A stretch of DNA of 64,000 nt from Sphingomicrobium sp. (lineage in GTDB: Bacteria; Pseudomonadota; Alphaproteobacteria; Sphingomonadales; Sphingomonadaceae): positions 28,605 to 92,604 of the forward strand of contig DATLWK010000008.1 in NCBI GenBank assembly GCA_035576365.1, read 5' to 3'. Below, in pieces: positions 10,239-21,862 of the stretch. A model generated the notes under the pieces. It ran no database searches. It worked only from the letters and a program-made list of their open reading frames with translations, and was not told the DNA's origin. Every line of letters begins with the position of its first letter. The first letter of the stretch is position 1. The position numbers and the translations under genes were made by a program.

Positions 10239-11843
10239 GTGGGACAAAGGTGGATCAGATTTGCGGGTAAGCGCCGGGCTGGCGCGGTCGTAAACGCGCG
10301 GCGCGACGCGCTCGTCCTTTCGATCCTGATCGTCGCGGTCCTCATGTTGATCTGGAACGGAAGCGCGTTCTTTGGCCAACTGACATTCAGCAACGACAGC
10401 TTTCGCGAGAAGGCCCAGCTGACCAGCACCGCCCTCACGCTCAACGTTGCCTTGATCCTTTTCGGCTGGCGTCGCTACGCGGACTTGCTGCACGAGGCAG
10501 AGTTGCGTGCCGACGGCGAGCGGCGAGCCGACATAATCGCCACGACCGACAACCTTACGGGGCTGCTCAACCGCAAAGGCTTTGCGGAACGTGCTCTGCA
10601 GCTTAGCGACCATTGCCTGGTCACCGGCGAGCAACTCGCCATCCTGTCGCTGCAGATCCACCGCTATAAGGCGATCAACGACCGGCACGGCTACGAAATC
10701 GGCGACGAGTTCCTTCGGCGCCTCGCGTCGGCCATTTGCGAAGCCACCGGTGGTGAGGGAGTCGTGGCCCGGCTCAGCGGAGACGAGTTCGCTATTGCCC
10801 TTGGTCTTCCCGTTGAAGAGATGGCCAAAGCCGAGAGGATCGGCGTTGCCGCACTTCAGGCGGTGACTCGCCCCTTGGAAATCGACGGCAAGATGATTCA
10901 GGTCGGCGCCTTTTCAGGCATCGCCGCCGCCCCGGCCGGCGAGCTGCGAATTCCCGATCTCCTGCGCCGCGCGGACATTGCGCTCGATCACGCGAAAAGT
11001 GGACGGATCGGTCGTCCAATCTGGTTTGACCGTGCCATGGAGCAGGCCCTGCTTGCCCATTCGGAGATCGAGCAAGGCATTCGCTTTGGCCTCGAGCACG
11101 GCCAGTTCGAGCCTTATTTCGAGCCCCAGGTCGACCTCGCCAGCGGCGAGATCACCGGCTTCGAGGTCCTCGCTCGCTGGAACCATCCATTACGTGGAAT
11201 CATCGGACCGGACGTATTCATTCCGATCGCCGAGGAAATCGGCGTTATCGGCCGCCTGTCCGAGCACGTCATCCGCGACGCGCTGTTCGAAGCTGCCAAG
11301 TGGGACCCGCGGCTTCACATATCCATCAACATTGCGCCCTCGCAGCTCGCCGACGGCTGGCTGGCCGAGCGAATTGTCCGGCTGCTCACCGAGACAGGCT
11401 TCCCGCCCGAGCGGCTGGTCGTCGAAATCACCGAGAGTTCCTTGTTCGCCGAGCTTGAGCTCGCCCGTTCCATCGTCACCAGCCTCAAGAACCAGGGCAT
11501 CCGCCTCGCCCTCGACGACTTCGGAACCGGTTTCTCGTCTTTGTCGCATCTGCGTGTCCTGCCGTTCGACATCATCAAGATCGACCGCGCCTTCGTCACC
11601 GACCTTCACGGCAACCGTGAGAGCTCGGCAATCATTCGCGCCGTCGCGACGCTTGCCAACGCCCTCAATGTCCCCGTGTGCATCGAGGGCATCGAGGACG
11701 AGGCCATGCGCGAGACGGTCCTCGGCCTTGGATGCACGGTCGGTCAGGGCTGGTATTTCGGCAAGCCGATGACCGCCGACCAGGCTGCCCAGCTTCTAGC
11801 CCCGCGCGAACCGCCGAAAAACCGGCGGGTGTCGGCCGCCTAA
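10239..11843 (+). CDS. membrane-anchored GGDEF-EAL c-di-GMP protein (SGDEF; EVL)
   Basis: Two hydrophobic N-terminal segments, DNLTGLLNR, RLSGDEF, GFEVLARW, DDFGTGFSSL, EGIE; exact start uncertain. Confidence 0.92.
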   Translation: MGQRWIRFAGKRRAGAVVNARRDALVLSILIVAVLMLIWNGSAFFGQLTFSNDSFREKAQLTSTALTLNVALILFGWRRYADLLHEAELRADGERRADIIATTDNLTGLLNRKGFAERALQLSDHCLVTGEQLAILSLQIHRYKAINDRHGYEIGDEFLRRLASAICEATGGEGVVARLSGDEFAIALGLPVEEMAKAERIGVAALQAVTRPLEIDGKMIQVGAFSGIAAAPAGELRIPDLLRRADIALDHAKSGRIGRPIWFDRAMEQALLAHSEIEQGIRFGLEHGQFEPYFEPQVDLASGEITGFEVLARWNHPLRGIIGPDVFIPIAEEIGVIGRLSEHVIRDALFEAAKWDPRLHISINIAPSQLADGWLAERIVRLLTETGFPPERLVVEITESSLFAELELARSIVTSLKNQGIRLALDDFGTGFSSLSHLRVLPFDIIKIDRAFVTDLHGNRESSAIIRAVATLANALNVPVCIEGIEDEAMRETVLGLGCTVGQGWYFGKPMTADQAAQLLAPREPPKNRRVSAA

Positions 11844-11955
11844 CAACCATCACCGAACGTTGCGATCGAGCCGCCTGTCCCGCCACGGGACGGATGGATC
11901 GCGCGCGCAAAATCGAGCGTTGTCGACATGGTAAAAAAACCGTTAAGGATTTCCC

Positions 11956-12126
11956 ATGCGTTCGGCGCGCTCAGTCATTGCCCTCGACCCGCGGCTGTTC
12001 GGTCGCCGGCAGAGCTTCGTGCTCGACGAGTCGCCGCAACCCTCAATGGCGCTCGGCGAGGATGCCAGGCTGTTTGCGACCACCTTCGCTGCCGGTTTCC
12101 TGTTCGTCTTCCTGCTAATCGCCTGA
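11956..12126 (+). CDS. small 56-aa protein with hydrophobic C-terminal helix (not in ORF track)
   Basis: MRSARSVIALDPRLFGRRQSFVLDESPQPSMALGEDARLFATTFAAGFLFVFLLIA*; exactly fills the gap between converging genes. Confidence 0.65.
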   Translation: MRSARSVIALDPRLFGRRQSFVLDESPQPSMALGEDARLFATTFAAGFLFVFLLIA

Positions 12127-12137
12127 CGGACTGGAAG

Positions 12138-13436
12138 TCAGTCGCACGCGCGATGCAGCCGCCAACCTAGCCAGGCGGCGACGACGCTCGCGGCGGCGAC
12201 AATCAGCAAGCTGTCGGCGACGGTCACGCCGAGCTGCACGGCGACGGCCAGGATGACGGTCGCTGCGACCATGAAGCCGGAATTCACGATATTGTTGGCG
12301 GCGATGGTGCGCGCCGTCCGAGACTTCGCGACAGTGGTGGTGAGAAAGGCGTAGAGCGGAACCACGAACATGCCTCCGGCGATTGCCACGCCGAGCAGAT
12401 CGAAAACGATCCACGGGCCGTCGGGCATGGCCAGGAATTCCTGCACTCCGAGCAGCGAGCCGCCGTCCGCGGGCCAGTTTTTGACGCGCCTGAACAGGTC
12501 GAGCACGAACAGGCCCATGGCCAGTGCAGCCCCTGGCGAATAAGTCGCGGCCACCCGACCCTTGAGCAAACGGTTGACCGCCACCGATCCGATGGCGACG
12601 CCGACGGAGAAGATGGCGAGGAACAAGGTCGCGACGGTCTGGTCGGAATCGAGGCTGTTCTTGACCAGCGGCGGGAATTGCGCGGCGAGCACCGCCCCCA
12701 TCGCCCAGAAGAAGCTGATGCAGATGATCGCCAGGAACAACCGGGGGACGTGAAGGGTGGCGCTAACCAAAGTGACCGACGCCCGGATGATGTGCCAGTC
12801 CATCTTGAGCGGCGGCGCCCCTTCTTCCGGCCGCGCCGGGGGAACGAGACCGCCCGAGAGGCGCCCGGCAATGGCAACCATCAGCACTGCGACCGCAGCC
12901 CACTCCGCATGAAAGGAACCGTCCCCGCGCTGCAGGACGAGGATGCCGCCGAGCAAGGTGCCGCCAAGGATGCCGATGTAGGTGCCCGCTTCGACCAGGC
13001 CGGTGCCGCCGAGGACCTCGTCGTGGTGCAGGTGTTGGGGCAGGATCGCGTATTTGATCGGGCCGAAGAAGGTCGAATGGATGCCCATGGCCGCCAGCGC
13101 CGCGAGCAACAATGGCACGTTGTGCAGCAGGAGTCCGGCCGCTCCGAAGATCATGATGATGATTTCGGCAGTCTTGACGATGCGTACGATCGCCGCCTTG
13201 TCGGTTGCGTCGGCAAGCTGGCCGGCGAGCGCCGACAACAGGAAAAAGGGCAGGATGAACAGCCCTCCGGCGATCGCGCTGAAGGTCGCTTCCTGAGTCG
13301 CGTCCTGATAGATTCCGTAGATCACCAGCATGACCATGCTGGTGCGGAACAGATTGTCGTTGAACGCGCCGAGGAACTGGGTGACGAAAATCGGCAGGAA
13401 TCGGCGCGTTCGCAGCAGGTGAACGGCGTCGTGCAT
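12138..13436 (-). CDS. MFS transporter, LplT/Aas-like lysophospholipid transporter family
   Basis: RRFLPIFVTQFLGAFNDN, STFFGPIKYAILP, GLVEAGT, RTIAANNIVN. Confidence 0.85.
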   Translation of the reverse strand: MHDAVHLLRTRRFLPIFVTQFLGAFNDNLFRTSMVMLVIYGIYQDATQEATFSAIAGGLFILPFFLLSALAGQLADATDKAAIVRIVKTAEIIIMIFGAAGLLLHNVPLLLAALAAMGIHSTFFGPIKYAILPQHLHHDEVLGGTGLVEAGTYIGILGGTLLGGILVLQRGDGSFHAEWAAVAVLMVAIAGRLSGGLVPPARPEEGAPPLKMDWHIIRASVTLVSATLHVPRLFLAIICISFFWAMGAVLAAQFPPLVKNSLDSDQTVATLFLAIFSVGVAIGSVAVNRLLKGRVAATYSPGAALAMGLFVLDLFRRVKNWPADGGSLLGVQEFLAMPDGPWIVFDLLGVAIAGGMFVVPLYAFLTTTVAKSRTARTIAANNIVNSGFMVAATVILAVAVQLGVTVADSLLIVAAASVVAAWLGWRLHRACD

Positions 13437-13568
13437 CAATCTGCCCCGCCGCTCTGCGGCTTGTCCCGCTGGTCCATTGGTCGGCCTGTGTAGCGGCTGC
13501 TCGCGCCGCGGCAAGCGATCGTGCCGCCAGCCCTTCAGGCCCATGGCCGTTTCGATTAGGAGGGCGCG

Positions 13569-14138
13569 ATGCTGTCGCTTCCCAACCTTCTGACCCTGTC
13601 TCGAATCCTCGCGGTGCCGATCCTCGTCTTCCTTCTCTGGCGGCCGACACCGATCGACTACGCGGTCACCTTCGTCCTCTACTGCATCGTCGGCATTACC
13701 GATTATTTCGACGGCTACCTCGCCCGAGCCCATGGGCAGATCTCCAAGCTCGGGCAGTTCCTCGACCCGATCGCGGACAAGATCATGGTGGCGGCGGTCA
13801 TCGTCATGTTGCTCGCTTCGCGCCAGGCGGATGGCGATCCGCCAATCCTCGAGGAATGGAATGTCATTCCGGCGTTGATCATCCTGCTTCGCGAAATCAT
13901 CGTCTCGGGGCTTCGCGAATTCCTCGCGGGCCTGCAGGTGTCGGTACCGGTGAGCGCGCTGGCGAAGTGGAAAACCACGTTTCAGCTGGTCGCTCTCGGC
14001 GCGCTGATCCTCGCCGGTGCGCTTCCCGGTCAGCCGTGGGTTCACCAGGTCGGAATCGTTTCCTTATGGGCCGCGGCCGCGCTGACGCTGGTGACAGGCT
14101 GGGATTATCTGCGGGCCGGTCTGAAGCATATGGATTAA
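13569..14138 (+). CDS. pgsA: CDP-diacylglycerol--glycerol-3-phosphate 3-phosphatidyltransferase
   Basis: LPNLLTLSRI, TDYFDGYLAR..GQFLDPIADK, REIIVSGLRE, AKWKTTFQ. Confidence 0.95.
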   Translation: MLSLPNLLTLSRILAVPILVFLLWRPTPIDYAVTFVLYCIVGITDYFDGYLARAHGQISKLGQFLDPIADKIMVAAVIVMLLASRQADGDPPILEEWNVIPALIILLREIIVSGLREFLAGLQVSVPVSALAKWKTTFQLVALGALILAGALPGQPWVHQVGIVSLWAAAALTLVTGWDYLRAGLKHMD

Positions 14139-14200
14139 TCGATTTTCCTGCTCTGTCTGACCAAGTTTAATCGTTTCCCTCGCTCCAGCGCGCAGCCTAG

Positions 14201-16525
<2,325 letters not shown>

Positions 16526-16573
16526 GGCCCGGGCGGCCTGCCGCGGCGTTCCGGCGCCGCGGCCGTTCGCTAG

Positions 16574-17533
16574 TCAGACCGGCTCCGCTTGCGCCGGCCC
16601 GAGCGCCGGCGGAGCGCTGAGCTCGGGCACGAGCTCGCGGAGGATCCGGCGAAGCGCCGCGGCAAGCAGCTGGAACTCGCTTCGGCGCGGACTCGATCGC
16701 CGCCAGATCAGCGCCACTTGCCGATAGCCTTCGCCGGAGTTGAGCGGTTTGGCCTCGACTCGCGTATCCTCGAGAATGCCGGCTTCGATCGCCAGTTCCG
16801 GGATGAAGGTCACGCCGAGTCCGTTGTCCACCATTTGCACCAACGTGTGGAGCGAGGTGCCCATCATCGCCGCCCGAGCGCGCAAATCCGGCCGGTTGCA
16901 GGCGGACAGCGCCTGGTCCTTGAGGCAATGCCCGTCCTCGAGCAGCAGCAACCTTTTCTCGTCAATCGCTTCGGCGTCGATCGTGTCGCCTGGCGGGGCC
17001 TCGCCGCCTGGGAACGCGACGAACAACCGGTCGTCGAACAAGGCTTCGGAATCGACGTCACCGCAAGCGTAGGGAAGCGCCAGGAGGACGCAGTCGAGCT
17101 GGCCGCGGTGCAGAGCCTCGCAGGCCGCCTGGCTGGCTTCCTCGCGAAGGTAGAGCTTGAGGTTCGGCCGTTCGTCGCGAAGCCGCGGCAGCATGGTCGG
17201 CAACAGAAAGGGCGCGATGGTTGGGATCACTCCCATCCGCAGCTCGCCATGGAGGGGCTGGCCCTCCGCCCGGGCCAAGTCGGCAAGCTCTTCCGCCTCG
17301 CGCAGAACGCGCACCGCCTTGTCGGCTATTTTTTCGCCCAGAGTGGTGAAGCGGACGACTCGCCGTGTCCGCTCGACCAGGATGACTCCAAGCAGCGTCT
17401 CGAGGTCGCGCAGGCCCGCCGACATGGTCGACTGGGTGACGAAGCACGCTTCCGCGGCCCTGCCGAAATGGCCGTGCTGGCGAAGCGCGACCAGATATTG
17501 GAGCTGCTTGATGGTAGGCAGGTGAACGGTCAT
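16574..17533 (-). CDS. oxyR: hydrogen peroxide-inducible LysR regulator
   Basis: LPTIKQLQYLVAL..HFGRAAEACFVTQST; LLEDGHCLKDQALSAC two-Cys motif; adjacent to katG. Confidence 0.92.
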   Translation of the reverse strand: MTVHLPTIKQLQYLVALRQHGHFGRAAEACFVTQSTMSAGLRDLETLLGVILVERTRRVVRFTTLGEKIADKAVRVLREAEELADLARAEGQPLHGELRMGVIPTIAPFLLPTMLPRLRDERPNLKLYLREEASQAACEALHRGQLDCVLLALPYACGDVDSEALFDDRLFVAFPGGEAPPGDTIDAEAIDEKRLLLLEDGHCLKDQALSACNRPDLRARAAMMGTSLHTLVQMVDNGLGVTFIPELAIEAGILEDTRVEAKPLNSGEGYRQVALIWRRSSPRRSEFQLLAAALRRILRELVPELSAPPALGPAQAEPV

Positions 17534-17538
17534 CGTTA

Positions 17539-17553
17539 ATCGGAATAGCCGAT
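17539..17553. promoter_or_regulatory. OxyR/LysR-type inverted repeat upstream of oxyR
   Basis: ATCG-N7-CGAT (T-N11-A) 5 nt before the oxyR start codon. Confidence 0.5.
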
Positions 17554-17583
17554 AAAGGGAGGCTTTGTAATGACCTGCCGCGA

Positions 17584-18348
17584 TTACCCGCTCAGTAGCC
17601 TCCACAGGCCGTAGCCACTGATCGCGCTGAGGACGATTCCGACCAGGACCAGCATTCGGTCGGCGGTTAGACGCTTGGCGACAATGGCGCCGAAGGGCGC
17701 GGCGAGAACCCCGCCGATGAGAAGTCCGACCACCGCCATGCTGAAGGCTTCGAGGCCGATGGTGGCAATGAAGGTTGCCGAAATCGTCACGGTCAGGAAG
17801 AATTCCGCCGTGTTGACCGTGCCCACCGTCGTTCGCGGCGTCGCCCCCTGAACCATGAGGTTGGAAGTCACGATCGGCCCCCAGCCGCCGCCACCGGCAG
17901 CATCGAGGAAGCCGCCGACAAGTCCCAGCGGCTCGACCACTTTCGGCTCGCGCTCGGTATGGCGATGAGTGGCCCCGCGCCAGAGCAAATAGAGACCGAT
18001 CGCGAGGAGATAGGCGAGAACGATTGGCCTTGCCGTCTCCGCATGAATTTGCGTCAGCACATAGGCGCCCGCGACCCCGCCGATGATACCGGGAATGACG
18101 ATCCGCGCGAACAGCCGCCAATTGACGTTGCGATGGGCAATATGGCTGATGCCGGACACTCCGGTGGTGAAGGTCTCGGCGGTGTGCACGCTGGCCGAAG
18201 CCGCCGCCGGCGGCACTCCGAGACTGACCAGCAGGGTCGTGCCGATCGTTCCGAACGCCATTCCAAGCGCACCATCGACCAGCTGGGCGGCGAACCCGAT
18301 CAGGATGAATGGCAGGAGGACCGATGGATCAGCCAGATACTCCGGCAC
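17584..18348 (-). CDS. TauE/SafE family sulfite exporter
   Basis: GFAAQLVDGALGMAFG, GGFLDAAGGGGWGP, GTVNTAEF. Confidence 0.9.
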   Translation of the reverse strand: MPEYLADPSVLLPFILIGFAAQLVDGALGMAFGTIGTTLLVSLGVPPAAASASVHTAETFTTGVSGISHIAHRNVNWRLFARIVIPGIIGGVAGAYVLTQIHAETARPIVLAYLLAIGLYLLWRGATHRHTEREPKVVEPLGLVGGFLDAAGGGGWGPIVTSNLMVQGATPRTTVGTVNTAEFFLTVTISATFIATIGLEAFSMAVVGLLIGGVLAAPFGAIVAKRLTADRMLVLVGIVLSAISGYGLWRLLSG

Positions 18349-18493
18349 TCTTGCCCTCCCCCTGTACAGCGATGATTTGCCCCAGCCGCTCGAGGCTCTG
18401 CAAGACGATTTCGGTACGGAGTCGGTTCCAGGCGACTGGCATTTCGGCGAGGCCGCACATAAATTGACCCCTTAAGCTACGGAAGGACTGCAG

Positions 18494-19180
18494 GTGGACT
18501 CTAGCCTGATCGCCTACCTGGACTCGGTGAAGGCACGCGACCCTGCGGCACGGTCCCGGTGGGAAGTGCTGCTTTACCCCGGAGTCCTCGCGCTCGGCCT
18601 GCACCGTTTCGGCCATTGGCTGTACGGCGGGCGCCTCTACTTCCTCGCGAGAATGGTCAACCATTTCGCCCGCTTCCTGACCGCCATCGACATCCATCCC
18701 GGCGCCAGGATCGGCCGCAACTTCTTCATCGACCACGGTTTCACGGTTATCGGTGAAACCGCCGAGATCGGCGACGACGTCACCATCTACCAAAATGTCA
18801 CTCTGGGCGGGACCAACCCGTCGACCGGCGTCGGCGGCAAGCGCCATCCGACGCTGGGCAACGGCGTCGTCATCGGGTCTGGCGCCCAGATCCTCGGACC
18901 GGTCATCATCGGCGAAGGCGCCAAGGTCGGTGCCAATTCGGTGGTGACCAAGGACGTTGCTGCAGGCGCCACCGTCGTCGGCATTCCGGCCAAGCCGGTG
19001 CCGGTGGATACCGTCCACTATAGCCCCGGCTTCGTTCCCTACGGGACGCCCTGCGGCGAGGACGTTGACCCCGGGCGGGCGCGAATCGCCGAGCTCGAGC
19101 GGCAATTGGAAGAGCTTCGTCAGGAGGTCGCTGCGCTCAAGACCCGGCGGTCTCCTGCGCCGAAGGCGAAAAGCGCTTGA
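18494..19180 (+). CDS. cysE: serine O-acetyltransferase (CysE/EpsC type)
   Basis: [35 protein letters not shown] hexapeptide repeats. Confidence 0.88.
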   Translation: MDSSLIAYLDSVKARDPAARSRWEVLLYPGVLALGLHRFGHWLYGGRLYFLARMVNHFARFLTAIDIHPGARIGRNFFIDHGFTVIGETAEIGDDVTIYQNVTLGGTNPSTGVGGKRHPTLGNGVVIGSGAQILGPVIIGEGAKVGANSVVTKDVAAGATVVGIPAKPVPVDTVHYSPGFVPYGTPCGEDVDPGRARIAELERQLEELRQEVAALKTRRSPAPKAKSA

Positions 19181-19518
19181 GCGTCGTTGCGCCGTTCCCG
19201 CACCCCCGGGACCGGCGCTCACTCGCCAGCTTCGACCGTCTCGAGCTCAAGAAGATTCTCGGTCTTTACGGCCGCATGGTCGCTGCGGGCCAGTGGCGCG
19301 ACTACGCGCTGTTCATCGGAACTGACGCGGCCATTTTCGCGGCCTTCCGCCGCGCATCGGAGCGCCCCGAGGTCCGGATCGAGAAACGGCCGCAGCTCCG
19401 ACTGAAGCAGGGCGCTTTCGCACTGGTCGGCGAGCAGGGGCTGGTGCTCAAGCGCGGCCACGACCTTGGCGCGGTCATGGCCCCGCTCGAACGACGGCTG
19501 ATCAAGCTGATCGACTAG
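19177..19518 (+). CDS. DUF2794-like conserved protein
   Basis: [35 protein letters not shown]; usual partner of cysE. Confidence 0.8.
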   Translation: MSVVAPFPHPRDRRSLASFDRLELKKILGLYGRMVAAGQWRDYALFIGTDAAIFAAFRRASERPEVRIEKRPQLRLKQGAFALVGEQGLVLKRGHDLGAVMAPLERRLIKLID

Positions 19519-20627
19519 GCGGCAGGCTGCGCCGCTGCGGACGGCGGTCGGTTGACGATCGGCAGCCTCTCCTTGAGCCCGTCCGGGAGCGGCCTCACCA
19601 CCGCCGAGCGCGCCTGATTCCAGAAGGCGGAGAGCAAAAGCAGCGCCGAGCCGATGACCAGTGCGGTCAGCGCGACGTTGAGCTCGACCGCCCCGAAGCG
19701 CTCGAACAGGTCGCTGAGCGCCCACAGCACATAGGCGAGCGCCGAGACCAGCAGCGCGCGCCGGTCGATCGCCAGGGCGGTCACTCCGATCGCGAGATAG
19801 AGCATAATCACCGCAAAGCCCTCGCCGATGGTCGCATCGCCGTCATTCAGCCCCAACAGGGTGAATACCGGGTGGACGATCATTGGGGCTGCCAGCAGGT
19901 GAAGCCAGAAAGCGACGTCGGCGCGTCTCGTCACCCGCGCCCGATCGGAGCCGTCCCACCACATCGCGAACAGGAAGGTGGCGATTCCGAGCAAAAGCAT
20001 GAAGCCGAGGACGATATCGCGGGTATTTGCGGCATCGCCGACCGCGGCAATCAGCAGCCCGATGGCGATTCCCGCCACGGAAGCTGCACCTGCCGCGACG
20101 GTGATCGGCACGCGGAAATTCCGCCAGTGCAGCCAGGCCGCGCCGGCGGCGATCGCACCCGATATCGCGGCGAGCATTCCGCCCAGCTGCGAGTTGTCAT
20201 CGAGCCGTTCCGGACCAACCGCGAGGACCAGCGCAAAAGCGGAAGTGAGGAAAATTCCGCCGACGAAGCTCAGGAGCAGCAGAATCGACGGCAGCGCCAT
20301 CCTTCGCTTCGCCGTAAAGAACAGGGCGAGCGCCCAACTGGCTGCGGCGACGGCCGCCGGCGCGAGCGGCGACGGCCCGTCGCCATGTTCGACGGCAATG
20401 CCGAGAGCGGCTCCGGCGCGCTGTCCGATCCAGGCCACTGCGAACAACAGGATGGCCGCCGCGATTGCGACGAAGATGTCGTTGAAACCGGTGATCAGCC
20501 TGAAATGCTCTTCGTCGACCGCAGGCGCGGAACGCTGCCGCTCGACATGGGCGCGCAGCGCCGCCGCGGCCTCCGCGCTGATGACCCCGGCGGCGACGGC
20601 GTCATCGAGTTCTGCCTGGCTGTACAT
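19515..20627 (-). CDS. conserved polytopic membrane protein
   Basis: About 11 hydrophobic segments; EEHFRLITGFNDIFV; good RBS and a consensus promoter upstream. Confidence 0.85.
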   Translation of the reverse strand: MYSQAELDDAVAAGVISAEAAAALRAHVERQRSAPAVDEEHFRLITGFNDIFVAIAAAILLFAVAWIGQRAGAALGIAVEHGDGPSPLAPAAVAAASWALALFFTAKRRMALPSILLLLSFVGGIFLTSAFALVLAVGPERLDDNSQLGGMLAAISGAIAAGAAWLHWRNFRVPITVAAGAASVAGIAIGLLIAAVGDAANTRDIVLGFMLLLGIATFLFAMWWDGSDRARVTRRADVAFWLHLLAAPMIVHPVFTLLGLNDGDATIGEGFAVIMLYLAIGVTALAIDRRALLVSALAYVLWALSDLFERFGAVELNVALTALVIGSALLLLSAFWNQARSAVVRPLPDGLKERLPIVNRPPSAAAQPAA

Positions 20628-20654
20628 GACCCCGTCTCCTCCCGAACCCCGCAG

Positions 20655-20687
20655 GAGCTAGGCCAAGTGTATTATAATGTCAATACA
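20655..20687 (-). promoter_or_regulatory. sigma70-type promoter overlapped by a palindromic operator
   Basis: Minus strand TTGACA-17 nt-TAGCTC; palindrome TGTATT-N8-AATACA at 20668-20687 covers the -35. Confidence 0.7.
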
Positions 20688-20753
20688 GTAGCACAGTGGT
20701 CGGCCGGCGCCCCGCACGGGCAATGTTTGGGACGCCGGCCTTTTCTGGCGGAC

Positions 20754-21047
20754 CTAGCGGCAGCGCACGCGGCCGCGCTCGACCTCCCGGCCGAGCAAAG
20801 CGCCCGCAGCAGCGCCGATGATGGTTCCGGTCGAGCGTTCGCCGCGCGTGTCGATCGCCCGGCCGATCAGGGCGCCGCCGGCGGCGCCGACGATCATCCC
20901 GGTGGTCCCGTCGGCGCGCTTGCAACGCCAGCGGCCACGGGAATCCTGCCAGGTCTTCCCCTTGTAATAGCCATGCGCAAGGGCCGGCGCCGGCAGGGCC
21001 GGCACTGTCAGCGTAGCGGCGGCAATGGCCAGCATGGTCTTTTTCAT
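20754..21047 (-). CDS. glycine-zipper 2TM domain exported protein
   Basis: Signal peptide; CKRADGTTGMIVGAAGGALIG..GTIIGAAAGALLGR. Confidence 0.88.
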   Translation of the reverse strand: MKKTMLAIAAATLTVPALPAPALAHGYYKGKTWQDSRGRWRCKRADGTTGMIVGAAGGALIGRAIDTRGERSTGTIIGAAAGALLGREVERGRVRCR

Positions 21048-21292
21048 GTTTGCACTCCCTGGTTCGCCTGTTGTCGTGGTTGGCCGATGCTGCGCCGGTC
21101 TTTCTGAACGGCTGGCAACCGGGAGCCGCCGTTAACCATGGCGCCGCGCGGTTTACGACGAACCGTTGGTCGCGGAGCGATACGCTGCTGTAACGTTAGC
21201 CCGCCGCTTACCGGCCACCAACCGCAGGTGCGCCTTGGCGTTAACCATAACCGCTGAGCTGGGCTTAGCATTTTGCCGGCTAGAGCGTGGCC

Positions 21293-21862
21293 ATGCTCAG
21301 GGCCTGCGGATTGCTGATTGCGGCTGCCGGAATGACAGTGGTTCCAGCACAGGCGGCCGACGTGGTGTCGAAGCCGCACGCCCAGACTCCAGCGCCTGCG
21401 CTTGACGATTTCGCCTACCGCGTGCTCGCCGCCCACAACCGCGAGCGGTCCGCGGTCGGGCATCCGCCGCTCGCCTGGGACCCGGCGCTCGCCGCTTCGG
21501 CCGCAAGCTACGGGCCGGTGCTCGCCACCCTCGGCTATCTCGTTCACTCGCCGCGCGGCGATCGCCCCGGACAACGCGAGAACCTGGCCATGGCCTATGG
21601 CGGGACGATGACCGCGGAACAGCTGGTCGGGATGTGGACCGACGAAAAACGGCTGCTTGTCCCCGGCGTTTTCCCGAACGTCAGCCGCACCGGACATTGG
21701 AAGGATGTCGCCCACTACACGCAGATGGTCTGGCGGACGACGACCCACGTCGGCTGCGCGCTTCATCGCGCGGAATGGGATTATCTGATCTGCCGCTATT
21801 CGCCGCCCGGCAACGTCGACGGCAAGCCGGTGTTCGGCTGGCCTCCGGTCGCATCGCGCTAG
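21293..21862 (+). CDS. CAP/SCP domain secreted protein
   Basis: Signal peptide; LAAHNRER, PLAWDPALA, GQRENL, HYTQMVWRTTTHVGCA, ICRYSPPGN. Confidence 0.92.
   Translation: MLRACGLLIAAAGMTVVPAQAADVVSKPHAQTPAPALDDFAYRVLAAHNRERSAVGHPPLAWDPALAASAASYGPVLATLGYLVHSPRGDRPGQRENLAMAYGGTMTAEQLVGMWTDEKRLLVPGVFPNVSRTGHWKDVAHYTQMVWRTTTHVGCALHRAEWDYLICRYSPPGNVDGKPVFGWPPVASR

Noticed and set aside
10043-10240. tRNA-Leu as an island integration site
   Set aside because: No integrase and no duplicated tRNA 3' end seen in the window
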